A stretch of 64,000 nt of DNA from the human T2T-CHM13v2.0 reference genome, Homo sapiens: NCBI RefSeq assembly GCF_009914755.1, contig NC_060927.1. The stretch is one strand, 5' to 3'. Positions within the stretch are counted from its first letter, which is position 1. Each line of letters begins with the position of its first letter. This document shows, in pieces, positions 36,338-48,400 of the stretch. Under the pieces are notes generated by a model, which worked only from the letters and a program-made list of their open reading frames with translations, had not been told where the DNA came from and searched no databases. Position numbers and translations under genes: made by a program.

Positions 36338-36852
36338 TATTTTAACACAAGTGAGATCTGCCTTTAAGTACTTTCATTAACATGAGTAAATGGGATTCGT
36401 CTGGAGATCATGCTTAACCTTTTAGTAAAACATACTCAGAACTTTCACTCACTTTGTCTCTTAAATTAAAGAGTTGGTGTAAAAAGTTTGCAGCGAGAAA
36501 AAAGATTAAAGGTTTCAATTACAATTATATAATAACCAATGCACTGAATAAAAGGACTCACACTGAAAAATGTTACTGATTTCTCGGATTCTAAAGAATA
36601 AAACTTTATCCATTGAAATTCTACCACAGGATTCTCTGTCATCAAGTCACTGCTGGTGGAGCTGACACTGTGCTAAGATACAATACGTGGTAAAATGCAT
36701 TTTACTCTAACTCTACCCTAGTTCAACTGGGTCTAAGCCGAAAAATTACTTACACTCAATTTTTCTTTAAGACTTGACCAAGCTAAAAATGGAGGGGGTT
36801 TGACTGCTTTAGGCACAAAACAGGCACTTAGGTAGAAAATCATGAAACCAAC

Positions 36853-37203
36853 CGTGTTAGTCTGTTTTCTCGCTGCTAATAAAGACATATCTGAGACTGG
36901 GTGATTTATAAAGGATAGAGGTTTAATTGACTCACAGTTCCGTATGGCTGGGGAGGCCTCACAATCATGGCAGAAGTGAAGGAGAAGGAAAGTCACGTCT
37001 TACATGGTGACAGGCAAGTGAGAGCATTTGCAGGGGAACTCCCATTTATAAAACCATCACACCTTGTGATGGTCACTACCACGACAACAGTATGGGGGAA
37101 ACCACCCCATGATTCAATTATCTCCACCTGGCCCCACCCTTGACACGTGGGGATTATTACAACTCAGGGTGAGATTTGGGTGGGGACACAGCCAAACCAT
37201 ATA
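36853..37203 (-). mobile_element. THE1 (THE1C/D type) MaLR solo LTR
   Basis: gctgctaataaagacatatctgagactggg...gactcacagttcc...ggggacacagccaaaccatat. Confidence 0.9.
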
Positions 37204-37541
37204 ATCTACTAACATAGAAAAAGCTACATATAGCAGCATATATAGAATATAAGAACAAGCTCCTTCAGAGAATTCACTGGGAAATTCAAATAAAGGAAAT
37301 GGCACTTTTTTTAGGCAAACCTAAATTCAGCCACATAAGAATAAAGAAAAGTGAGAAAAATAGCAGCATTATCAGAATGCTATGATGTGAAGATTTAAAT
37401 AACTTATTTTTCAGTAAAAAAGGTGATAAGTAAATAAACCTTGGAAAAGTGAAAAACAACAAAAATCCAAGCTGGATAAACCAAATTCATCTATTAAGAA
37501 AAGAGCTATGCCACTTGGGAAAAAACAACAAAATCACTATT

Positions 37542-37567
37542 CACACACACACACACACACACACACA
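37542..37567. repeat. (CA)13 microsatellite
   Basis: Directly visible. Confidence 0.95.
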
Positions 37568-38525
37568 ACAATAGTTCTATGATAGATGCTATGCTAGTAG
37601 TCAATCAAAACCAGTCAAATGTATTGACCATTATAATTCGCTGATGAGGAAGAAATCGATGCGCTAATACTAGGTTTCCTAAATTCACAGGAAAACAGTA
37701 CTCTTGATCCAGCAAATGTTTGATAGATTAATTCATGAAGAGAAAATCTGACAGTTTTTATATACTTTCTTCAATATAAACTTTTTGTAAAGGATACTCT
37801 AATCATCTAATACAAAAGATATATTCTTAAAAATTAGTAGTCTCCACATCTTGAGCCCATTTGTCAGAAAGCAAATCCACAACAATGGAGATGGAGGAGC
37901 AACACACATAACAAACGGGAGAGAATATGTGCTAAATGCATGGTAAAAGTCTTCTCCAATAACTGTTTGAGGTGTGAACACCATAAACATCAGCTTGGAT
38001 CATAGGCATAGAGACCCAGAATCTTAATGGTACTTGTCTGGGATGGTAGTTTCAGAAGGGCATGAAACTCTTATGAAATATACTGCGTAGGTGAACTGAC
38101 AATGGCAGATGTTAAGCATATGATGGAAAGTGGGGATTAATGCAATACCAAAGGAAATTACTGCATAAAGAATTATTTCCTGAAAAGCCCTCATCTATGA
38201 AGCTTAGGAAACAACAGTTTGCGGTCATTACAGAGTGATTTTTAGTAAAACAAATGAAAAAGATTTTAAGATTATCATACACAAAGGAAAAAATGATTGA
38301 TAAAATGGTAGCTTCATCAAAAATTTTGAAAATAGATCCATCTGGCTCAGTCATATATACTATTAAGAAGGCAAGCCAAACTTTGAGAAAACCTCTATAT
38401 TTTATTTGTACAAATCACACACAAAAAAGAACCTAAAAAACAAAAACAAGAAGTCCTTGTTACATGTAATAAGCCTTTTGTCTCTTCAATATGTGTTTTA
38501 AAGAAGAGGACTCTACTCTTCTTTA

Positions 38526-38855
<330 letters not shown>

Positions 38856-39621
38856 TCAACACCTACAGTAATATACTACTTAATGGCTTATTTATTAATT
38901 GCTGATAATAAAACCAATAGGAAATAAGTAGAAAGAAAGTGATTGAAATTATAAGAACATTGTCTTTAGTACAATTACATTCATTTCTTCTCTGATATCA
39001 CTGTTAATCACAACCCACCAATCTGTAAACCTAAAACAATCTTCAATATATTGCAAAAGCAATGAAAAATCTGCAATAGAAAGAAGCAAATGTAGCAAAT
39101 GTTAAAGCACTTACAATGATGGGTTAGGATATTCACAAGCAGACAAGAAAATTCACAAGCAGAGGGGGAAAGTCTCTAAAAGCATATTGAACACAAAAGG
39201 ATATCTATAGCCTGGATAAGATCCAATAAAAATGATTTATAAAATCACAGAATACATAATATTTTAATATTTATAAATATCTGCAATACATCTAGTCCTT
39301 CTAACCTAAGTGCTAATCAGTGAGGAATAATCAAATGCCAGTCACAGTTCTCAAGATATTTTCCGTACAGTTTGATGATTAAGAATCTCATGAAATGCCA
39401 AGTGCTGTTTGTTCGTGTGTTAGCAACATTCAGCATTGTCTAATTCAGAGAAACTCTCCCTGTTCCCATGATTTTAGAACAAACCCAGACTATATTGATT
39501 TACTGAGAAAGATCAATCAGCACATGTCCAGCAAGCAGAGAGTAAAATGTCATTGGCCCATCTTGCTTGTACAGAAAAAAAGACAAAGTAAAACTATACA
39601 CAAACATGCTGACTTTATTTT

Positions 39622-39860
39622 TTTTGTAACTTTTTTTTTTAGGTTCAGAGGTTTATGTGCAGGTTTGTTGCATGGGTAAATTGTGTGTCACTAGTGTCAC
39701 TAAAGTTTGGTGTATAAATGATCCCACCACCCAGGTAGTGAGCATAGAACCCAATAGGTAGTTTTCAACCCTAACCCCACCTCTGTCTAGTAGTCCCGAG
39801 TGTCTATTTTTCCTTTCTTTATGTCAATGCATACTCCATGTTTTGCTCCCACTTAAAATA
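39622..39860 (-). mobile_element. L1 3' fragment (L1PA15/16 to L1PB type)
   Basis: T-tail then ttcagaggtttatgtgcaggtttgttgcatgggtaaattgtgtgtc...gctcccactta. Confidence 0.8.
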
Positions 39861-40917
39861 ACATACCTGCTGACATTAAATCTAGAGTTTCAAAGATACC
39901 AACAGAGGAAATAAAGTCATAACTAATGCTTAATCGCTAGTTTCATCTCTGATGTGAAAAGAATGCTTTTGTCCTTCAACAGTAAACAGCTAAGAAGGAA
40001 AACATGATAAATACCAGACAAACCACATGAAATCTTTATGGGAAAGCTTACTTATTCCCAGTGTAAAAAGCTTCACATCAATGGCAAATAAAGTGAAAAC
40101 ATTACCGGTTATTTATGCTGTTTGCAACAGACCCTATTGGCTGCCCATTCAACCTCTCTTGTTATTTCTTCCTGGCTAATGAAACCTTGAAATTTGGATG
40201 TTTTCAATGAGCTCAGATCCAAGAAATAAATCAGGATTTATATGTCAGTTATAGTTATACCACTATCCTTGGACACTTAAGTTTTACACTTAAATATAAT
40301 AGAAGTGAGATGAGGAATTTATTGGAAAATTTCTAGTTGAAATCTATCAAAAATAGGTTTGAGTGGGGAGCTTTCTAGTACTGGCCCTTTCACTTTCTTT
40401 ATTGCTTTGAATATGGTTTTGGGAGGACATAATGCTTGGAGCTGTGACAGCCCTCTTGCAGACATGAGGCAGCAAGCCTAAGGAGTTAAACCCAATGCTG
40501 AGTATGGCCAAGTAGGAAGATCTAAAGAGCCTGGATCTCAGATGAAATTGCTGAATTTCTGCATCAAAACAGAAACTTACTCCTGTTTTTTATTTCTAAT
40601 TTAATTAAGTGTTTTATTTGCTTAAGCATCTGAGTGTTGGGTATTATGACTCTATGACTTGTATCTGAAGACATTCTACCTGATATAGTAATCAACAAAT
40701 ATGAAAACTTCCATATTAATAGATAACATAAATAGAGAAATAATAAAATGAGGAGTTTAAGTATTGTGTCCCCACAATCACACAAACTAACTAGGTATAA
40801 GGATACTATAAACATACAGTTAGTTTGGGGCCCCAATAATCATACATTTTACATATATTCTTAATATTATAAGTCACTATGTTAGGTAGTGGGGATAAAA
40901 GTGCTTAGGGTCTCAAA

Positions 40918-42062
40918 AGGAAAAATAGACAAGTATGATTGCATCAAACTAAAAAGCTTCTGAATAACAAAGGAAACAATCAACAAAATGAAAAACAACC
41001 TACAGAATGAGAGAAAACACTTGCAAACCATAGTTTTCTGATAAGGAATTAATATGCAAAATATGTAAGGAACTCATACAACTCAATAATAATAATAACC
41101 TGGTTAAACATGGGCAAAAGACCTGAATAGGTATTTCTCAGAAGAAGACATACAAATGGCCAACAGGTATATGAAAAGGCAGTCAACATCACTAATCGTC
41201 ATGGAAATGCAAATAAAAACGCAATAAGATATCACCTCATACCTATTAGAATGGTGATTATCAAAAAGACAAAAAATAGCAAGTGGTGGTGAAGATACAG
41301 GGAAAAGTGAACTTTTGCACATTGTGCATGGTAATGTAAATTGGTACAGCTATCATGGAAAACAGTCTAGAAGTTCCTCAGAAAATTAACGATAGAATTA
41401 CCATATGATTCAGCAATCCCACTTCTAGGTATATAATCAAAGGAAATGAAATCAGTATCTTGAAGAGATTCTGCACTCCTGTGTGTGCTGCATCATTATT
41501 CAAAATAGCCAAGATATAAAAACAACCTAAATATTTCTTTTTGAATGAATGGATAAAGAAAATGTGGTGTGCGAATTATCATTCAGCCCCCAAAAAGAAA
41601 ATCCTGCCATTTGCAAAACATAGATGAATGTAGAGGACATTATGCTAAATGACATAATCCAGAATCAGAGAGACAAATACAACATGATCTCATTTACATG
41701 TAGAATCTAAAATAGTCTCATAGAAGCAGAGTAGAATGGTTGTTACCAAGAGCTGCAGGGAGAGGGAAATGGGAAGATGTTGGCCAAAGGGTACTAAGTT
41801 TTAGTTAGGATGAATATTTCTGGAGAGCTAATACACAATACTAAATTTAACAATACTATATTGTATGCTAGAAATTTGTTAAAAGGGTAGATCTTAAGTG
41901 TTCTCACCAGAAATTTTAAAAAAGAAAGGTAAATATGTGAGGTGATAAATATGTTACCTAGCTTGATTGTGGTTATGATTTCACAATGTATATTAAAAAC
42001 ATCAAATTTTATACCTTATATATAGATAATTTTTTGTCAATCATATTCAGTAAAGCTGAAAA
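40918..42062 (+). mobile_element. L1MA-type 3' fragment
   Basis: ORF2 C-terminal remnant (catcaaactaaaaagcttctg...) and L1MA 3' UTR (gtagatcttaagtgttctcacc...taaagctgaaaa). Confidence 0.85.
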
Positions 42063-42127
42063 AGCGCTGGGGAGAAAACATTAAATAATCATGCTATTGG
42101 ATAAGTAATTACAATCTGAGATTCTGT

Positions 42128-42850
42128 ACAACAAATCTGTGAGTACCTACTGTTTTGGTAGGTACTGTTCTGGTCACTGGACATATTCCAATAAGTAAGC
42201 TTTCTTCATACAGTTTACAGTCTTGAGGATGGCAGAAATAAAAAATAATTTTTAAAAGATAATCTCAGATAGTGATAAATATTGGATATACAACAAAAAT
42301 AAAAGTGAGTAGCTACCTTGAAAGACATGGCCAGTAAATATTTCTTTAATAAGGTTGTCACCTTTGAAGTAAGACCTGAAAATTGTAAAGGTACCAGCCA
42401 GGAAAAGATTTGAAGTCAGAATCTTCAAAGATGAGAAAAAAACAAATATAGCTCCTAAGATGAGAACAAGCTTGGTGTATTTTAAAACTAGTAATAAAGC
42501 CAGGATGGTTGATACCCTGAGAGGTAGGGGAGAGTGTTAAGGAAACAAAGAAAGAAGAGCCAGATGCTGTAGGAACTCAAAGGGCATGGAAAAGAGTAGA
42601 AATTATATTCTATCTACAAAAGGAAGCCACTGGAAAATTTTAAGCAAAGGGTGACATATGATTTGTGTTCTAAAGAGCTCATTCTGGCTGTATATTGAGA
42701 TTGATTTACAGAGAGGAGGGGAGAGAGATAGCAAAGAGATCCATTTGCACAACCCTAGACAGGAAATGATGGTGCCTTAGTTTATGCCGGTAAAGAAGAA
42801 AATGAAGAGTGGTGAAGATATTTGGGATATCTTGTGGCAGTAGATCAGCT
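42128..42850 (-). mobile_element. L2 LINE fragment
   Basis: caacaaatctgtgagtacctactg...; ggaagccactggaaaattttaagcaaagg. Confidence 0.7.
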
Positions 42851-42857
42851 TGGAGAA

Positions 42858-42925
42858 AATATATATATTATATGTTATATATTATATATTATATATTTTA
42901 TATATATATACACATACATATATAT
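42858..42925. repeat. TA-rich low-complexity microsatellite
   Basis: Directly visible. Confidence 0.85.
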
Positions 42926-43234
42926 GTTTTTTGTGTATGTTTTGGGGTTTTTTGTTTCTCTAGATGAGGAAATTGAGGCCCAAAGAAATGATTTACACAA
43001 GTCACACGGCTATTCCATGGGAGACTATGTCAGTTAGCCATTGCAATAACAATGTTTGGGGAAAGTGCCTGTCCCACAATCAAATCCTCCTTCTTCCCCA
43101 GTAGTTTCCACTGCAAATTCTTTTCTGTCATATGCAAACTCCCTTCAATCTCTTACCTCTGAGACTCTTGCAGAAGGCAATGGATATCGGCAGTTGAAAG
43201 TCTTTGAAGGTTGAGAAAAAAAGAGAAAGATCTC

Positions 43235-43690
43235 ATCATTTTTTATGGGTGCATAGTATTCCATGGTGTATATGTGCCACATTTTCTTAATCCAGTCTAT
43301 CATCGTTGGACATTTGGGTTGCTTCCAAGTCTTTGCTATTGTGAATAGTGCCGCAATAAACATACGTGTGCATGTGTCTTTGTAGCAGCATGATTTATAG
43401 TCCTTTGGGTATATACCCAGTAATGGGATGGCTGGGTCAAATGGTATTTCTAGTTCTAGATCCCTGAGAAATTGAACAATGAGAACACATGGACACAGGA
43501 AGTGGAACATCACACACTGGGGGGCCTGTTGTGGAGTGGGGGGAGGGGGGAGGGATAGCATTAGGAGATATACCTAATGTTAAATGACGAGTTAATGGGT
43601 GCAGCACACCAACATGGCACATGTATACATATGTAACAAACCTGCACGTTGTGCACATGTACCCTAAAACTTAAAGTATAATAAAAAAAG
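43235..43690 (+). mobile_element. 5'-inverted (twin-primed) L1PA3-type insertion
   Basis: Inverted piece 43235-43469, sense 3' UTR 43470-43682, poly-A; 14-bp TSD aagagaaagatctc (43221-43234 / 43691-43704). Confidence 0.93.
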
Positions 43691-43786
43691 AAGAGAAAGA
43701 TCTCTTAGTCTTTGGCGATAGATGTTACAAATGCAAACACACCTCAAAATGTTTTTTTTTTATTTTTCTTACCAGTCTTTTCAAAT

Positions 43787-43866
43787 TATTCTACAGTGAG
43801 TATTGTACTTTTATGGTAAACGAAAGTATTCTACAGTGAGTATTGTACTTTTATGGTAAAGGAAAG
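43787..43866. repeat. 40-bp tandem duplication (39/40 identical)
   Basis: tattctacagtgagtattgtacttttatggtaaa(c/g)gaaag, two copies. Confidence 0.95.
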
Positions 43867-45259
43867 AGAACAATATATGTTATAAAACTATAGAAAGAAA
43901 TAGCTCCTGGCAGAGTTCCAAGGTAGCCTTCTGTTTGGTATATTAAAATTTCTTCTCTCTGGTATTAGTTGCTAAACAACATGTTTGTTTTAATGCTACT
44001 TCTTTAATCAAAAAGTTGGCTGGAGGTCACTTCACTAGGCAACATTTATTTTTAAATGAAAGATAAAGAGATTAAGGAAATAAATATTACTACTACTGAT
44101 TTTTTAAATGGAATTCTGGTCAATATTCCAAGAAACTTCAGATTCTTCCCCAGAGTTTAAAATCTAATACCTATTCCTCAGTGTCACCATAGGGCCTACC
44201 ATAAGCCCCAGAATCAACTTTTCCGAACCTATAAATAATGATTAGGAGATCTGAAGCTAGAGAAAATGCTACAGAATCTTAAAGTGTGTGTTTAAAGATA
44301 AAAAATTTTAAATATTATAAAAATGTATCCATATCCTTATTAAGAAATAAATACCTTTTTTTCTTTTTCATTTACTGTATTTTCCTACCTGGCTATCCAT
44401 TGATTGGTCTGTGCTAGCTACTTACTGATCAGGCTTATATAGGTCAAACCTTTGCAGTCATGATTTATTGCAGGAAAGCAAAAGAAAGCACTGAAAAAAT
44501 GACTGCAAAGAGCTTTCCTCAAACTCTCCCTTGGGCCTCTCTGTCTCTTCAAGTAACAGCTCTGAATGCATCTATGATCCATCAATATTTTCATATATTC
44601 ATATTATTCCCTGTTCACATTAACATAAACACACAAAGTTTCACTGTACCTAGTTTTGCTTCTTTAAACTTGCAATAAGAACAGGGTATTATCATATGAA
44701 ACATACACATTACTCAGTTGTTTAACCATCCTCTTAATCAGTGTATAATATGTGTCACAAAAAGGCAGCTGCTAAATGAATTATACATAAAGGTAATGCT
44801 TTCTAGATTACTCCTGCCTGTATATATTGCATAATTTAGGCCTGGTCCTTAATTTTCTTTTTATGGAAGCTGAATCATTACCTTGTTCTTTTAGTAGTCC
44901 AAATGTTTGTTTTTCCTGTATGCTATAAAAGTAAACTTTTTAAGAGAAGTCAACATTTTAAATTTGTGTTTATAGCATGTATTTTTCTAAAGGCTCTTTT
45001 TTTAAGGAAAATTTTCAGGCTGTGTTTCTTAGTTAAGATGAAACTATGTTTACTTTTAAAAATAACTGCCACTAAAGGAAAAGCATAAATTTGATAGAAC
45101 CAAGTTGTTTTCTTATATAAAGTAAAAACTAACAAAGAAGTCAAGGAATAAACTCTTATACCTTCATCTCCACCCTACCCTCTATAGGTTCCATAATCAA
45201 GGCATTTCAGTAGCCCAATATGGATATGGAGTCATTAAGAAATGGAAATACTACAGACA

Positions 45260-45450
45260 TAATATGGTAGAGTAAACAGTAGGTTATAAACTTGGAGCTG
45301 TGATTTTAATCTCAGCTTGGCCATAATTCAGTGAACAGACACGAATCATTAATTTGAAATCCTTGTACCTCGGTTTCCACATCTTGAACAGAATTAATAA
45401 AACTGACCACTCTATTTTACAGAATGTTATAAGAACGAACAGGATAATAA
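45260..45450 (+). mobile_element. MIR SINE
   Basis: aatatggtagagtaaacag...ttaatctcagcttggcca...gtacctcggtttccacatct. Confidence 0.6.
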
Positions 45451-48400
45451 ATAAGCTAAATTATAGATCCTAGCCACTATTGAGACTAACAGCCTAGGAG
45501 TCACCAGAGACACTTATTGAAAAATGCAGATTTCCAGTTTCAGCCCCTGAAATTCATTTTTATTCAGTATGTCTGAGGGAAGAATAGCAAGAATTTCCAA
45601 TCTGGAAATTCAGATTTTTAATAAACACCCAGGTGATTGTGAAACAGGTTATCTAAGAGTTCCATCTTGATTAACTGCCCTACTACAATCTAGACACATA
45701 TCCAATTATTTCCTCCTCCAGCCTTACACATCATTAGATAGGACAGAAGTCACAAGCAGGTAAAAGAATTGTCAATACAGTGGAAAGGGGGAGGAAATAG
45801 GAAGGAAAAGGAGTGAATAATGGGAAATTAGAGCTGTTCTGGTTACACTAAGCATACTGTACAACATAAATTAATAATTTCCCTGGCATTATTCTTAGCA
45901 TTATGCTTTTCTATCTCACCCACACACTTTTAGTTTCTATTATAAGATAGTTTTTCATGTAAAACATGCTTTATAATGAAGAGTGAGACTATGAGCCCTG
46001 ATTTTTTTCTCTGGTGCTCCTTTTGTTGAATTTAGTATTTTCCCTTTTGCTACCTTTTTCTTGCATTTTCTTCTCTTTAATGTATCCATGACAATTATTT
46101 GTCTCCAATATAGACCAATGTAAAAATGCATGTCCCTTCCATGGCACTTACTGAAGACCTTAAAATTTTGTGAAAATACTTTAAACTATGATATAACTAT
46201 AACCTATGGCCAGAACATAGACAACTTTTCTTAGACAGTAATGTCATTCAGTTGCCTCAGGTGCTTAATTTTATCTCAGAGTCTTAAAACAATTACATAT
46301 TATTTCAGATTATGCCATGAAACTTTAATATCTCTAAAGTCAATGGGGTTTTAAGGCACTTGGAAACGATTAGGTTTTGCTTGAACTCCAATATACCTTA
46401 CGGGAAATAGAAGAAACCGTGGGAATTGCAGTTTCAAGAGTTTTGACCTAGAATATCCCCCTTGTTCGAAGGTGAAATTCATATTCCACATTCAACATTA
46501 GAAACTACAGTAATCTCCAGATCACTTTATTAAAACTGCACATGCTGAGGGGGAAAAAGACATAAAAGCATGATAAAACAACACCTTTGTAAAAGCATCA
46601 AACCATGCTACCAAAGGGTCATGATACATTTGTATAGGTGTGCCCTCTTGTGGTGAATGAATGGAACCCAGGACATTTGGAAAGCGTTCTGAAAATCAGG
46701 GAAGAGCAATTTTGATTTTTGTTTTTCTTTCTTAGTTTAATATTGCCTGAGATAGAAAATGTACATATTAATAAGCCATGATAAAAAAGGATTTTACTTA
46801 GTATGTATATTTATTAAAGCTTAATAACTCTGAACTATTTACCCAGAGAGGAAGGAGCAAATGAAATTGTCTGCTAGTATTTAACTGCGAAGTTTCCCAG
46901 ACTTAAATTGGGATTCCCATAGTGGACTTTAATCTGATTTAGTCAGTGTTTCCATCTATAAAATTTAAGATATAATTAGAAACAAAATCCCAGTAAAAAG
47001 ATCAAATGTAAAATTAGAAAAAGGAATTATTAAAGTGAAAAAGTTTGTGTTTAGAACAAATCAGGTAGAAGAAAGAAAGGAGTAGAGAGAAACTTACATG
47101 GAAAAGAGAATAAAACATGCAGGCTTTTCGGTGACATTTTTAAATGCCAATGCTAAGTTATCTTGCATATGAATGAAATTTATGCTTTTGAGAACATTGA
47201 AGAGATGATGAAAATGTCCCACAGGGCAAGAGGGCAACTATGATTTCAGAGCAAGGTGTGAGGCAGTGAGAGTTTCTACATATTGGTTCAGTAGCTTGTA
47301 TCAAATGTCCTATACTTCATAATCTAATTGATACACATGGGGGAAAAAACAGAGAGATACAAACCCAACAACCTGATTGAACTCTAATTAAGGAAGAGAA
47401 AAACAGTAAAAGGTTAAACCTGAAGAGAATATTGAAATATAACGTAACACAGTAATTTTCTTTTGTATTGGGAAAGTTACCAGAGGTCATAATAGCAATT
47501 GCAGGCACTACTTTGAAAAATAAGTGGTACTTATTATGCTTATATATTAATGAATTTTGAATAAAATGATTATAAATTATTTTCCTGCACTACCACAGAT
47601 TATGCTTTAATATATATCATCACAGAGTTTAGAACACATTTGTTCAAGTAAGAGCCTCCCATTCTATCACCACCATTACAGTTTATTTAAGTACTAGAAA
47701 TGGCACAGAAAGATATAAGGCATTTTAGCACCTAGTAGTATCATACAGGAAACTATTCGTAGATGGGTATTGTTCTTATTCTGAAATAGAGAAATATAAG
47801 GAAATCTCAAGAACAGAACATTACCTTTTCTGTGATCGTTTAAATTCTGTTTCTGGCTACATATTCTTATGTGCATTTTTTTAATTTTTACTCTTGAAAC
47901 CCTATAAAACATTGACAGAAAGAGGATTGTAACAACCATATATAATAGCATTCATTATGCTCCCTTCAGTATTTTGCACTGTTCTCTTGATTTTTTAATA
48001 TCACTGTATATTCATTTTCACTAGCTATCTAACTTTCAATTTGTGAGATTAATCTAGGTCACATTTTCATCAATATAGTTTCTAATGAAAGTTTTTAAAA
48101 ACTCATCATGTCTTGCTACTCCCTAGATTGTAGCCATCCTGCCATTCACATTGGAAAGAAATGAAGTGCAGAGGAATCTAAACTGTGTAATTTGAAAGGT
48201 GTTGAGACCAGATTGCAAAGTTCCTGTCCCTCAGTGTATGTAGCTTGAATTTAGCTTGCCTGGAACAATCCAAGATAAAAGAGAGGATAAGTGAGGCGGG
48301 GCACAATTTACAAGAGACAAACAAGAATGGAATACAAATGTGGCACATTCTGACAGAAATATGCCTCATTAAAACATCATTCTGTGAGCTCGCTTGATTT

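Noticed and set aside
42142-42166. 9-bp inverted repeat agtacctac/gtaggtact
   Set aside because: Lies in the L2 3' end, which has a native stem-loop-like segment; too short to be independently significant.
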